A stretch of DNA of 64,000 nucleotides from an uncultured Weeksellaceae bacterium (GCA_963530025.1 CAUSBY010000020.1:2765-66764); one strand, 5' to 3'; counted from the stretch's first letter, positions 50,501 to 60,514 are shown. The notes: generated by a model from the letters alone, not told the origin. Numbers and translations: made by a program.

Positions 50501-51679
50501 ATGAATCCAAATCAATGTTCATTTTGTGGGAGAAAAAAGAATGAAGTACAAATTCTAATCTCCGGACAAAATGGCTTTATATGTGAAAACTGTATAGAAC
50601 AAGCGCATTCTATCGTGAAAGATAGTGTTAACAAAACATCTGAATCAGCTACTATGGCGAACTCGATGGATGAACTTAAGAAACCTAAAGAAATCAAGAC
50701 TTTCCTTGATGAATATGTGATTGGCCAGGATCAGGCGAAAAAGCAACTGTCAATCGCGGTGTACAATCATTATAAAAGATTGCTTCATGCGCAAAATGAA
50801 AATCGTGAGGTGGAGATAGAAAAATCTAACATTATCATGATTGGTGAGACAGGAACTGGAAAAACATTGTTAGCAAAAACAATCGCAAAACAACTGAATG
50901 TTCCTTTCTGTATCGTGGATGCTACGATTCTTACAGAAGCTGGTTATGTTGGAGAAGATGTGGAAAGTATTCTTTCAAGATTACTGATGGTTGCAGATTA
51001 TGATGTGGAAAAAGCAGAGAAAGGAATTGTTTTTATTGATGAAATTGATAAGATTGCTAGAAAATCTGACAATCCGAGTATTACAAGAGACGTTTCCGGA
51101 GAAGGTGTTCAGCAAGGTTTGTTGAAATTATTGGAAGGTAGCATTGTAAATGTTCCGCCTCAAGGTGGTCGTAAACACCCAGACCAAAAATATATCCAGG
51201 TCAATACTCAAAATATTCTTTTCATTGCAGGAGGAGCTTTTGATGGGATGAAAGAAATCATCGAGAGAAGACTTAATAAACAAGCAATAGGATTTTCTAA
51301 AGACAAATTGAATAAAACCGAGGATGAAGATTACATCCTTAGTCAGATTAATGCAATAGATTTGAAGAGTTTTGGACTTATTCCAGAACTTTTGGGCAGA
51401 TTTCCAATCATTACTTATCTTGAAAAATTGACAAAAGAAACACTTGTTAGAATAATGAAGGAACCAAAAAATTCTATTGTCAATCAATTTACAGAATTAT
51501 TCAAAATGGATAATGTAACTTTAGAATTCAGCGATAAGGCAATTGATGAAATCGTGGAAGATACTATGAATAAAGGACTTGGTGCTAGAGGATTAAGAGG
51601 GACGACTGAAAAAATTTTAGAAGATTACATGTTCAATATAGAAAATGAACAGTCTGTTAAAATAGAATCAATATTATAA
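50501..51679 (+). CDS. clpX: ATP-dependent Clp protease ATPase subunit
   Basis: CSFCG zinc finger, GETGTGKT, DEIDK, RDVSGEGVQQ, IGF loop. Confidence 0.96.
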   Translation: MNPNQCSFCGRKKNEVQILISGQNGFICENCIEQAHSIVKDSVNKTSESATMANSMDELKKPKEIKTFLDEYVIGQDQAKKQLSIAVYNHYKRLLHAQNENREVEIEKSNIIMIGETGTGKTLLAKTIAKQLNVPFCIVDATILTEAGYVGEDVESILSRLLMVADYDVEKAEKGIVFIDEIDKIARKSDNPSITRDVSGEGVQQGLLKLLEGSIVNVPPQGGRKHPDQKYIQVNTQNILFIAGGAFDGMKEIIERRLNKQAIGFSKDKLNKTEDEDYILSQINAIDLKSFGLIPELLGRFPIITYLEKLTKETLVRIMKEPKNSIVNQFTELFKMDNVTLEFSDKAIDEIVEDTMNKGLGARGLRGTTEKILEDYMFNIENEQSVKIESIL

Positions 51680-51765
51680 AATCTTTAAATATGAAGATAT
51701 TATTTTCAAGTAATCAAAAAATTAATATCTTTGCCAGATAAACACACAAATTAAAATTTAACACA

Positions 51766-53760
51766 ATGATTAAAAAATTATTTATTCTGCAATCAATATT
51801 TTTTTATGTTGTTGCTTCTTCCCAGGTGCTTACCTATGTAGGTAACACTGCTTTGGTAACTATACAGCCCCAAACTTTATTGTATAATGGAGGTGGTCTA
51901 CAAACTGCTGGTACAGCAGTTGTGAATAACTCAGGGAATATAATGGTAAAAGGTGTATCTACAGGTGCATCAACTGATGATTTATTAACCATTGAGGCGA
52001 CATCTCACTTTAATTTGAAATTGGCTACGACTTCCAGTTATGGACAATTGTATATTACAGGTATCCCTCAAGGGAAAATATCTGGAAAAGTTAATAAAGA
52101 GTATTTGGCAGATTATAGAAATGGGGACACTGGTTCTCAACAAATGGGATTGCCATTCTATAATTATACTACGGCTGATCTTGCTAGTGTTTTTCCCGAT
52201 ATTAATATAACAAATACGACAAATAATTCTACTGGGCGTTTTAATCCTAGTTCGGCTTTTTGGTGGAACAGTGCGAGAGCCCGTTTTGATCAGATAGCAA
52301 ATACAGCTACTGCTTATACAGGAGGGGTTCCAAATCCAAATTTCATCAATCCGATGACTTATTACATTATACCAAGAAGAAAGTCTGATGGTTCTTATTT
52401 TTGGGAATTTCCAACCACTGATAAAAAAATATTTAGCGGTATTCCTGCTTCAGATGTTATAGGAGGAGGTATTAATAATGTAAATTTTACACTGGCTGGA
52501 GCATTTACAGGTACTTTCGGGACGAATGGTAATGGATCTAATACATATGGCGAGAAATATTACAGTTATTTAGATGATCCTTTTAGATCGAGACCGAGTG
52601 GCGTTTGGCCAGCTGATTATGCAAGGAATCTATATCAGCTAGCGAACCCTTTCTTGACCAACGTTGATCTTAAATTTATTGCTACAAATATAGAAGCTGG
52701 AAGTGATGATAATAATATTGGAACTTTAGAAGGTGTAGCTTATTACGGAAATAATAATATTGATTGGGTTAATAATCCAGGATCTACTGGTAATGGTACA
52801 ACTTATAATGGAAACACTATTGTTCTTAAAACATCTGATGGATATTTTCAGGTAGGAGATGTAAGAAATACAATAATAAAACCTTTAGGTGCTTTTATGG
52901 TAAAGTTAAGTACAAATACCTCGCAGACGCTTAATTTTACAAAGACTAGACGTTTTAAACAAACTTCTAGAGCTAATATTACTGATAACACAGTTACTGC
53001 TGCTAAATCTTCTGAAGCAGGGATTGATATTGCCACAGATAAAATAGTAAAGCAAGTAGCTGTCGTAATGTATGACCTTGATGGTTTTGAATTGGATAGA
53101 ACTTATTATGCCGTTTCTCCTTCTGCCGTTACTGGTTATAATGCGACAAATGCATTGTTGCAAGCTTATGGTACAGGTAAAAAAATCTATACAAAAGAAG
53201 AAAAATCTACAGGAGGTGAAGATACTGGTTATTCGGATAACCTATATATTAATGAGGCCAATGAAATAACATTTAAAACAAAAGAAATTCCATTGTACGT
53301 TAATTATACTGGGCAACCTTATCAGTTGAAATTTGAAGTATATGAAAAAGGTGAAAGAGTAGAATCTGGATTGTCTGATGGTACTAGTTTCTATTTTAAA
53401 GATGCTCAGGGTCAAATAGTAAAAATTGTTGATGGTGGTGCTCTTTCTATGAATGGTTCCCAAACATTAGGTTTGTATTATGAGAAACCATCGAATGCTA
53501 CTTTAGGAACAGATTTTGTAAGTGGTTCTCAAACTATCATTGCGAAAAAAGATGGACAATGGATCGTAAGATTCGCTAAAGATTGGAAAAACGCTACTGT
53601 AGAAGTTTATTCTTCTGCTGGTCAGCTTCTTAATACAAATTCAAAAGTTTATACTGGTTCTGATTATGTAGTTCCACTTAATTATCAAGCTAAATCTACT
53701 TTTGTTATCAAAGCTACGTCTGAAAATGGTGAAGTTGTAATCAAAAAAATTCTAAATTAA
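51766..53760 (+). CDS. Secreted T9SS-cargo-like surface protein, function unknown
   Basis: Signal peptide, Gly/Asn/Thr-rich body, C-terminal VEVYSSAGQLL...VIK...KKIL. Confidence 0.75.
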   Translation: MIKKLFILQSIFFYVVASSQVLTYVGNTALVTIQPQTLLYNGGGLQTAGTAVVNNSGNIMVKGVSTGASTDDLLTIEATSHFNLKLATTSSYGQLYITGIPQGKISGKVNKEYLADYRNGDTGSQQMGLPFYNYTTADLASVFPDINITNTTNNSTGRFNPSSAFWWNSARARFDQIANTATAYTGGVPNPNFINPMTYYIIPRRKSDGSYFWEFPTTDKKIFSGIPASDVIGGGINNVNFTLAGAFTGTFGTNGNGSNTYGEKYYSYLDDPFRSRPSGVWPADYARNLYQLANPFLTNVDLKFIATNIEAGSDDNNIGTLEGVAYYGNNNIDWVNNPGSTGNGTTYNGNTIVLKTSDGYFQVGDVRNTIIKPLGAFMVKLSTNTSQTLNFTKTRRFKQTSRANITDNTVTAAKSSEAGIDIATDKIVKQVAVVMYDLDGFELDRTYYAVSPSAVTGYNATNALLQAYGTGKKIYTKEEKSTGGEDTGYSDNLYINEANEITFKTKEIPLYVNYTGQPYQLKFEVYEKGERVESGLSDGTSFYFKDAQGQIVKIVDGGALSMNGSQTLGLYYEKPSNATLGTDFVSGSQTIIAKKDGQWIVRFAKDWKNATVEVYSSAGQLLNTNSKVYTGSDYVVPLNYQAKSTFVIKATSENGEVVIKKILN

Positions 53761-53772
53761 ACACAAAATCAT

Positions 53773-53997
53773 ATGATGAATTCATTATTTAATAGAGCAT
53801 ATAGCTTAATATTTATCTTGATAGGTATTTTAAGTTTTGCACAGTCAGTACCACCACCACCCGAAAATCCGGAAACAGGAGGTATTGGAGGATATCCAGC
53901 TTCTCCTATTGATGGATATACTTTTGGTTTGTTTTTAGTGGCAGTTTTGATGATTGCAGTTTTTGCACTGAAAGCAAAAAAAAGAATTTTACAATAA
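53773..53997 (+). CDS. Small Pro/Gly-rich protein with PID-CTERM-like sorting tail
   Basis: Signal peptide, VPPPPENP..GG, SPIDG + TM helix + KAKKR. Confidence 0.7.
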   Translation: MMNSLFNRAYSLIFILIGILSFAQSVPPPPENPETGGIGGYPASPIDGYTFGLFLVAVLMIAVFALKAKKRILQ

Positions 53998-54055
53998 TTT
54001 ATTTTTTAATAAGCCAAAACTCACTTTTTAAGTGGGTTTTTTTTATTTTTACATT

Positions 54056-55336
54056 ATGAAAAAATTATTGATAACGAGTAGTATTATGTTATCTGCAAAC
54101 ATATTTGCTCAGTTTAATGTTAAAGTGGATATTCCCGCTTACTTATCAGATTCAGATGCTTATTTATATGGTTTTAACGGTTCTAAGGAGATATTGTATT
54201 CCAAAGGAAAGATATCAGGGAACACGGCGGTTTTCAAGGTTGATAAAACGTATATAGGAATGATGCGTGCTTTTTTTCAAAAATCAAATTCATCTGTTAA
54301 TATGGTGTCTGAAAATACAGATATAAAATTCAAAATAGAACAGGATTCTAAAAATAAAATATCAGATGTTATTTTTGAAGATAAAGTAAATCAATTGTTC
54401 AGTAGTGAGGTCGATGTTCAGAAAAAACAAGAATTGATTCTGCCGGCTCTGATACAGATTAAAGATTATTATAAACCGACTGAAAGTTTTTATAAATCAT
54501 TAGAATCAGAAATTACTTCGCTTTCTAAAAATGATAATTCGATGTATGCTTCTTATCCTTTTTTGGAGTATTATCACAACAATCAAAAATATTCTGTACA
54601 AGAAAAGGCTGCCCAATTGACCTCTCAGGATTTTATTAATTTTTATACTAAATCTGGTGAGTACTTAGAAACTTCTACCATTCTAAAACCATCATTGATT
54701 AACTTCCTGAATGTTTCCAAGTCGAATGTAGAAGGAAATGTTGACAAGCTTTTAGAAGCTGTTAATCTAGAAACACCAAGAGGTCAGACAATCCTTTCAG
54801 AGTTGATAGAGATTTTCAGTACCTACAATATGGATAAACTTAAAGAAAAGTATCTTACACAGGCCAACAATTTGAAGTGTACCATCAACGATCGTCTTGC
54901 TTCTACGATAAAGTCCAATAAAAACATAGAATTAGGTGCTAAGTTCCCTAATAATGTATTTGTAAATTCTATTCATACAAAAGCTAAATCTTTATATGAT
55001 GTGAAAGCTTCCAAGAAAATTGTTGTTTTCTGGTCATCTACATGTTCACATTGTGAAGCTGAATTGCCAAAACTTTTAGAAAAGTATGACAAAATGAAAG
55101 CCCAAAATATAGAAATTATTGGATTGTCGCTGGATAGTAATTTAAATGAGTTTAAAAGCAAAGCTGATGTGTATCCTTGGATAAGTGATTCTGAGGGAAA
55201 GGGTTGGTATAGCTCATACGGAGAAACTTACAACATTGTTGCGACTCCAACTTACTTTGTTTTGGATGCTAATAATGTGATAGTAAACAAGCCAAACCAT
55301 GTAGCAGATGTAATTGATTATTTAAAATTGAATTAA
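54056..55336 (+). CDS. Exported protein with C-terminal TlpA/thioredoxin domain
   Basis: FWSSTCSHC, YNIVATPTYFVLD. Confidence 0.85.
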   Translation: MKKLLITSSIMLSANIFAQFNVKVDIPAYLSDSDAYLYGFNGSKEILYSKGKISGNTAVFKVDKTYIGMMRAFFQKSNSSVNMVSENTDIKFKIEQDSKNKISDVIFEDKVNQLFSSEVDVQKKQELILPALIQIKDYYKPTESFYKSLESEITSLSKNDNSMYASYPFLEYYHNNQKYSVQEKAAQLTSQDFINFYTKSGEYLETSTILKPSLINFLNVSKSNVEGNVDKLLEAVNLETPRGQTILSELIEIFSTYNMDKLKEKYLTQANNLKCTINDRLASTIKSNKNIELGAKFPNNVFVNSIHTKAKSLYDVKASKKIVVFWSSTCSHCEAELPKLLEKYDKMKAQNIEIIGLSLDSNLNEFKSKADVYPWISDSEGKGWYSSYGETYNIVATPTYFVLDANNVIVNKPNHVADVIDYLKLN

Positions 55337-55337
55337 A

Positions 55338-55369
55338 ATTTGTGGAAATGCAAAATATTCTTATATTTG
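55338..55369 (+). promoter_or_regulatory. Bacteroidetes sigma-70 promoter of tRNA-Met
   Basis: TTTG (-33) and TATATTTG (-7) elements upstream of the tRNA. Confidence 0.7.
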
Positions 55370-55381
55370 CACCACAAAAAT

Positions 55382-55455
55382 GGCGAGGTAGCTCAGTTGG
55401 TTAGAGCGCAGGATTCATAACCCTGAGGTCACGGGTTCAATTCCCGTCTTCGCTA
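55382..55455 (+). tRNA. tRNA-Met (CAT), probably elongator; CCA not encoded
   Basis: Cloverleaf: GGCGAGG/CTTCGCT acceptor, AGCTCAGTTGGTTAGAGC D-arm, TTCATAA loop, GGTTCAATTCC T-arm. Confidence 0.93.
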
Positions 55456-55481
55456 CGAAATAAACTGTTATTCAGTTGTTC

Positions 55482-55508
55482 AACCCTCTTTTAAAGAGGG
55501 TTTTTTTT
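55482..55508 (+). terminator. tRNA terminator
   Basis: aaccctctt/aagagggtt plus T8. Confidence 0.85.
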
Positions 55509-55519
55509 ATACTCAATAT

Positions 55520-55790
55520 TTGCCAGGTTAAGTGAAAGGAAGAAAAGAGATAAGGCAAGACTGTCAGCAATTGTAACCGATTCTCTATTGGTGTAACCCT
55601 AAAAGTAATAGTTGAAAAGCACAATTCGATCTTCTTGCTTATGGGGCTTTTACCGTAGGCGTGTCCTGCGATAATGGCAATACACAATTAGAGTTGGACT
55701 TAGCAGAATTGCCCAAAGTTCCGAAAGTATTTAGAGAAAATTAAAATCTCGTGATAACAAATAAACTTTAAATGCCAGCCCAGCTTAAAC
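55520..55790 (+). ncRNA. Candidate structured non-coding RNA, unassigned
   Basis: Six or more hand-identified stems, several with G-U pairs; no credible ORF; more GC-rich than its flanks. Confidence 0.45.
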
Positions 55791-56061
55791 AAATCCTAAA
55801 AACATATTTTAAGAAAATTATCATAGTATGTATTTAAATAAAAAACCAATTTTTACCATAGTCTCAGAAAACTTTTTTTCTTTTAATTAAGAAGAAGTTT
55901 TTTTGTTTTTTGAAGTGTATTATTAATAATTGCTTCTTTGTGAAACATTTTACTAAAAAAAAGTGTTTTGTAAGTTTTTGATTACTAGAAGTTTTTAAAA
56001 TAATTTAAATTAATTTCTAAAAACATTTGGAGGTTATATGAAAATGTTGTACTTTTACGGG

Positions 56062-56147
56062 GCTTTTGAGACAATCACTCAAGAGCAATAAATTTTTTTT
56101 CATCATTTGTGTTTTTAGAATCGTACTTTTAGTACGATTCTTTTTTT
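56062..56147 (+). ncRNA. Candidate trans-acting sRNA
   Basis: Promoter-like TTTG-N20-TACTTTTA, 5' 9-bp hairpin, U-rich single-stranded core, terminator agaatcgtact/agtacgattct+T7. Confidence 0.55.
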
Positions 56148-57205
56148 GTTTCATATGTCAACAAAAGATTAATGAAATAAGAATAAGTAATTCTTCCATC
56201 CTGTTGATTTGATTTCAGAAACAAATCATTGGTAACACCAAAAAAGTCACTGATAATTCCCTCATTCATCTCATAGAAATCCAATTCATATTTTCTGTCT
56301 CGTTGCATCTTTTCAGAATATTGTGAAATTGATTTTAAAACAAAATCTTTATTCTTGATATTCTTTGATAAAGTTCTTAATAAGCTTTTTAAAACATAAA
56401 GTTGAGCACTATATTGTAAGTCTATATTCTTTGAGTTTTTAGCACATAAATAAGCAATAAAACTGGCTTCCTGTTCTCTTGCATAACCTAACTGATGGGA
56501 CATCTCGTGAGCTAGTGTAAAAGGGATGTTTGTGGAAGGCAGATTCGGGTTGAATTGTGATTCTGTAGTGAAAGGATTATAGTAGCCTAATATTCCTGTG
56601 TAATTCATAAAACCATTGTAAAGACTTAGTTTCACGGATAGAATTTCGACTGGCTTTTTTGTATTGATATAATTAGGTAAATGCTTTTGCTCAGAAAGTA
56701 TTTCGTATTCTAGGTTCTGAATATCATTAATTCTAAAGACTCCATTTTTATCTTCAGAAACCTTTTCTCGTGTGTCTTTGCATAGTTCAAGATATTTGAT
56801 TGTTAAATTTTTCAAATCCGAATCATTAATCTTCACTTCTTTATTTGAAAGCTTTTTAATAATCAAAGGCTGGAAATAGAGCATTCCCCAAAAACACTGA
56901 TAAATAAAGTAAGCAACGTTGATGAAAATTAAGACTCGTTTTAAGGTTATACTATTTTTCTTTCGTATCGAATTTATTATTGAAACAATTAAAAAAAGTA
57001 AAACGATTGTATAAATTAGGTCTCCAACAGAAAATTGAACTCCAGAAAATAATTGGACGTGAAACTTCTTTTTCCATTCAAACAGATTTGAAAAGAAGCT
57101 GATTGCAAAATCGATTTTGGATAGGATATAAAACAACAAAAATTGGGCAACCAGAATGATTGCCCAAAGTTTATTTTTGATAAAGATATTTTTTTTAGTG
57201 TCCAC
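56129..57205 (-). CDS. DUF3810 family protein (HExxH)
   Basis: FSVGD, GYYNPFT.E, HEMSHQLGYARE.EA; probable GTG start at 57205. Confidence 0.85.
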   Translation of the reverse strand: MDTKKNIFIKNKLWAIILVAQFLLFYILSKIDFAISFFSNLFEWKKKFHVQLFSGVQFSVGDLIYTIVLLFLIVSIINSIRKKNSITLKRVLIFINVAYFIYQCFWGMLYFQPLIIKKLSNKEVKINDSDLKNLTIKYLELCKDTREKVSEDKNGVFRINDIQNLEYEILSEQKHLPNYINTKKPVEILSVKLSLYNGFMNYTGILGYYNPFTTESQFNPNLPSTNIPFTLAHEMSHQLGYAREQEASFIAYLCAKNSKNIDLQYSAQLYVLKSLLRTLSKNIKNKDFVLKSISQYSEKMQRDRKYELDFYEMNEGIISDFFGVTNDLFLKSNQQDGRITYSYFINLLLTYETKKESY

Positions 57206-58643
57206 CGGATATTTTTTTATCAAAACTAATACCTTGGCTTTTAAGTATTCCACTTACTCTCCAAGCATAGAATGCAAGATAAGCAAAACATAAAACACCT
57301 ACAATATAACTGTTTTGAATACCAATACTTTCGGAAACAACGCCTTGCAACCAGCTCACAATTCCACCTCCCATAATCATCATAATAAGGAAACTACTTC
57401 CTTGGCTGGTGTGTTTTCCAAGTCCGCTTACCGCTAAAGTAAAGATACAAGGCCAAAGCGTACTACAGAACAATCCAACACTGGTGAAAGCATAGATACT
57501 AATGATTCCATCTGTAAACATTCCGATTACTGTTGCAACAATTCCTAGTGCGGAGAATATCAATAACATTCTTGCAGGATTTCCTTTACTTGCCATATCA
57601 GCTCCAATCAAGACTAGGATGATTAATCCATAAACATAGAAAGGTGTCAAATCGTGTTTTGCAATTGCATTTACCAAAAGGAAAACTCCGAATGCTAAAT
57701 ATGGTGCTAAGAATCTTAATACTTTCTGCAAACTCATATTGTCTGTGAAAGCTTCTACAGCTCCAGTCCAACGACCAATCATCAAACTTGCCCAATATAG
57801 AGAAATGTAAGGAGAGATTTCTTGCAACGTATAAAGAACACCAGTTTCAGAATTAATGATAGATTCCATATAAGCAGGTAAGTTACTTGCTGTCGAAACT
57901 TCTACACCAACGTAGATGAAAATCGCTAGCATTCCCAATAATAATTGAGGATATTTCAAAGCCGAACTTCTTACAGCGCCTTCTTCTTTCACAGCTTCTT
58001 CAATGGTTTCTGGGTGTTCTGGTAAAGATGATAATTTAAGCAAAATAGCAACGGCTAAGAATGCTACGCCTAAAACCAAATAAGGAATTTTCACACTTTC
58101 GATGCTCATTTCTGTATTCTCAGAAGCTGCTGAACCGAAGATAGCGAAACTCACAATCAATGGACCAATTGTAGTTCCAAGGTTATTGATTCCTCCTGCC
58201 AATGTTAATCTTTGAGAACCCGTTTTTACTGGACCAAGTGCAATTGCAAGGGGATTAGCAACAGTTTGCTGTAATGAAAACCCTAATGCTACGATGAACA
58301 ATCCGGAAAGCATCAATGGAAACGAATGTAGATTTGCTGCAGGATAAAACAATAATGTTCCTATTGCGGAAATTACAAGTCCCAAAGCTAAACCGTTTTT
58401 ATAACCGATTTTGTTGACTAAATCTTTTCCAATAGCTAATGAAATCAGCATATAAATGATTGAACCAACTGTGTAAGCAATGTAAAATGCCACAGATACG
58501 AGTTGACTTTCTCCTTGTGATAGGCTAAAAGCTTTTTTGAAAACTGGAATCAAGATATCGTTACTTGCCGCAACAAATCCCCAGAAGAAGAAAACGGTAA
58601 CAAGCGGGATAAATTGCGCCCATTTGGTTTTTTGTGTTTCCAT
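57195..58643 (-). CDS. MFS sugar transporter (FucP/GluP family)
   Basis: FFFWGF...NDILIP, LQQTVANP, YVGVEV, MMIMGGG. Confidence 0.9.
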   Translation of the reverse strand: METQKTKWAQFIPLVTVFFFWGFVAASNDILIPVFKKAFSLSQGESQLVSVAFYIAYTVGSIIYMLISLAIGKDLVNKIGYKNGLALGLVISAIGTLLFYPAANLHSFPLMLSGLFIVALGFSLQQTVANPLAIALGPVKTGSQRLTLAGGINNLGTTIGPLIVSFAIFGSAASENTEMSIESVKIPYLVLGVAFLAVAILLKLSSLPEHPETIEEAVKEEGAVRSSALKYPQLLLGMLAIFIYVGVEVSTASNLPAYMESIINSETGVLYTLQEISPYISLYWASLMIGRWTGAVEAFTDNMSLQKVLRFLAPYLAFGVFLLVNAIAKHDLTPFYVYGLIILVLIGADMASKGNPARMLLIFSALGIVATVIGMFTDGIISIYAFTSVGLFCSTLWPCIFTLAVSGLGKHTSQGSSFLIMMIMGGGIVSWLQGVVSESIGIQNSYIVGVLCFAYLAFYAWRVSGILKSQGISFDKKISGGH

Positions 58644-58717
58644 TATTTAATTTAATTGTTAATGTTAGGTTAATATTTAAAAACAAATGTAAGTAAAAAG
58701 TCTTATTTGGAGAATAA

Positions 58718-59446
58718 TTATTTTAATTCCTCAATAAGAGACAATTGAATTTCTTCAAATGCTTTTTCTTTCAGTTCTTTTTGTGTAGCATCTGGCGTTA
58801 AAATATCATTGAAAAAAACTTTCACGACTCCAGGATATCCTTTTTTATTATCAAAAGGAAACATTTCTTTCAAACCTTTGAATGTAAAAACAGCAATCGG
58901 AAACTGATGTTTAGTAGCTAATATGAAAGCGCCGTCTTTGAACTGGTCAAGAATTACATTCGTGTCATCGGGAACACCGCCTTCCGGAAAAATCACAACA
59001 CTTTGTCCATCTTGCATTCTTTCAGCGCATCTTCTGTAAACATCGGCACGACTTCTGGCACTTTTTCTATCAACCATCACGCAAACTCTTTTGTAAACCG
59101 TTCCGAAAATCGGAATCTTTTCGATTTCCTTTTTTCCGACATAGCAGAGCGGATGATTGGGGAAAAGAATACAAGGCAGCATCACGTCCATAATAGAAGT
59201 ATGGTTGGAGATAATGACGTATGGTTGGTTTTTATCGATTTTTTTCGTGGTCTTGAGAATCTTTTTGTAACGGAAACCCATTCCGAAGAACATTCCCATT
59301 GCCCAGAGGCGGATGAAAAAATAACAATATTTATAATGTTCCTTTCGGAAAGACAATATATAAACAGGAAGAAAAAATATTAATGTAAGAACGGTTCCTA
59401 AAATTACCATCCAAAATCGCCACGCATACACCAGAATTGTTCTCAT
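58718..59446 (-). CDS. 1-acyl-sn-glycerol-3-phosphate acyltransferase family
   Basis: NHTSIMD, IFPEG, FKDGAF. Confidence 0.92.
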   Translation of the reverse strand: MRTILVYAWRFWMVILGTVLTLIFFLPVYILSFRKEHYKYCYFFIRLWAMGMFFGMGFRYKKILKTTKKIDKNQPYVIISNHTSIMDVMLPCILFPNHPLCYVGKKEIEKIPIFGTVYKRVCVMVDRKSARSRADVYRRCAERMQDGQSVVIFPEGGVPDDTNVILDQFKDGAFILATKHQFPIAVFTFKGLKEMFPFDNKKGYPGVVKVFFNDILTPDATQKELKEKAFEEIQLSLIEELK

Positions 59447-59487
59447 TAATATTTCGTAAAATTTAATTCAAATCAAAAATAGCTTTT

Positions 59488-59946
59488 TTATCCGTTAAAA
59501 ATTACTTTTTTCTTTATGGAATAATTAAGTAGAGACACAATAATGATAGAAGCAATCTTGCTCATCATTTCTTGTGAAAGAACATAGATTCCCAAATCGA
59601 TGGCATCTTTGAAAACGAAATGATAAAGAATCTGGAACAAAAACAAACTGATAAAAGTTGAAACCACAGAAACGGAAATGAAATAAGCAAATTCTTTTCT
59701 CTTGGAATGTTTCCCTCTCTCAAAGACAAACCAGATGCTCAAAAAATAATTGGTGATAATTCCGCAGCTTGTGGACAGGATATTACTAAACGGATATTTA
59801 ATTCCGGAAAGATTATACTCCCAAGAAAAGAATTTTGGAAGATAAACACTCAGCATTTTGAAGCTGCCGATTTCTACAATCGCGCTTAGTCCACCAGCGA
59901 TGATGAAGAGTAGGATTTGCTTATGGCGGAAAAGTAATTGTTTCAT
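59488..59946 (-). CDS. GtrA family membrane protein
   Basis: FIIAGG, NYFLS..FVF, NY...KKVIF. Confidence 0.85.
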   Translation of the reverse strand: MKQLLFRHKQILLFIIAGGLSAIVEIGSFKMLSVYLPKFFSWEYNLSGIKYPFSNILSTSCGIITNYFLSIWFVFERGKHSKRKEFAYFISVSVVSTFISLFLFQILYHFVFKDAIDLGIYVLSQEMMSKIASIIIVSLLNYSIKKKVIFNG

Positions 59947-60205
59947 TCTTTTGCAAATTTATACGATTTGTTAAATGTTTTAAAATAATAGTTAAATAAT
60001 TTTTTAGTGTCAAAAATATTTTTACTTTTATTAAGCGTTAAGGATTTTACGATTTGGCTGAAAGATTAATTATTATATGGTTAATAAATTGTGAAAGTCT
60101 TAATATTAATCGATGAAAATAATCTGTCCTGACTAAAATTGTTTGGTCGGGAAATTTTTTCATCAGTAGTCAGACACCACACTCACAAAATAATTATTAC
60201 AAAAA

Positions 60206-60457
60206 ATGAAAAATTCTAGCAGACCTTACAGAAAATTTCTGCCTCAGCAAAAAAAAATTGAGGAGTTAGAAAAAAGCAGTTCCAGATTCAAGAGAATCTA
60301 TTCAGAATACGAATTGATGTCCGATGAACTTTGGGATTTGGAGAGTAACGAAAGTACAGAAAGCATTCCTGACGATTTCATCAATGCTATCAAATTACAG
60401 ACTTCTTACTTGGAAGATGAGATTCAGGATTGGCTCATAGAAGATAAACAATCATAA
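60206..60457 (+). CDS. Small acidic hypothetical protein (DUF465-like coiled coil)
   Basis: RFKRIYSEYE...LEDEI. Confidence 0.6.
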   Translation: MKNSSRPYRKFLPQQKKIEELEKSSSRFKRIYSEYELMSDELWDLESNESTESIPDDFINAIKLQTSYLEDEIQDWLIEDKQS

Positions 60458-60514
60458 AATCTCATCCATTCTCCCCGAAAAAATATTATTTTAGCATTCT
60501 AAATAATATATTAT

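Noticed and set aside
55472..55687. 71-aa reverse ORF and a 43-codon + strand open stretch (KAQFDLLAYG...FREN) in the post-tRNA region
   Set aside because: The reverse ORF runs through the tRNA terminator and has no recognisable motif; the + stretch has no good start. RNA structure explains the region better, though a small peptide is not excluded.
55382..56128. tRNA-Met as an integration site for an island
   Set aside because: No integrase and no duplicated tRNA 3' end seen in the window.
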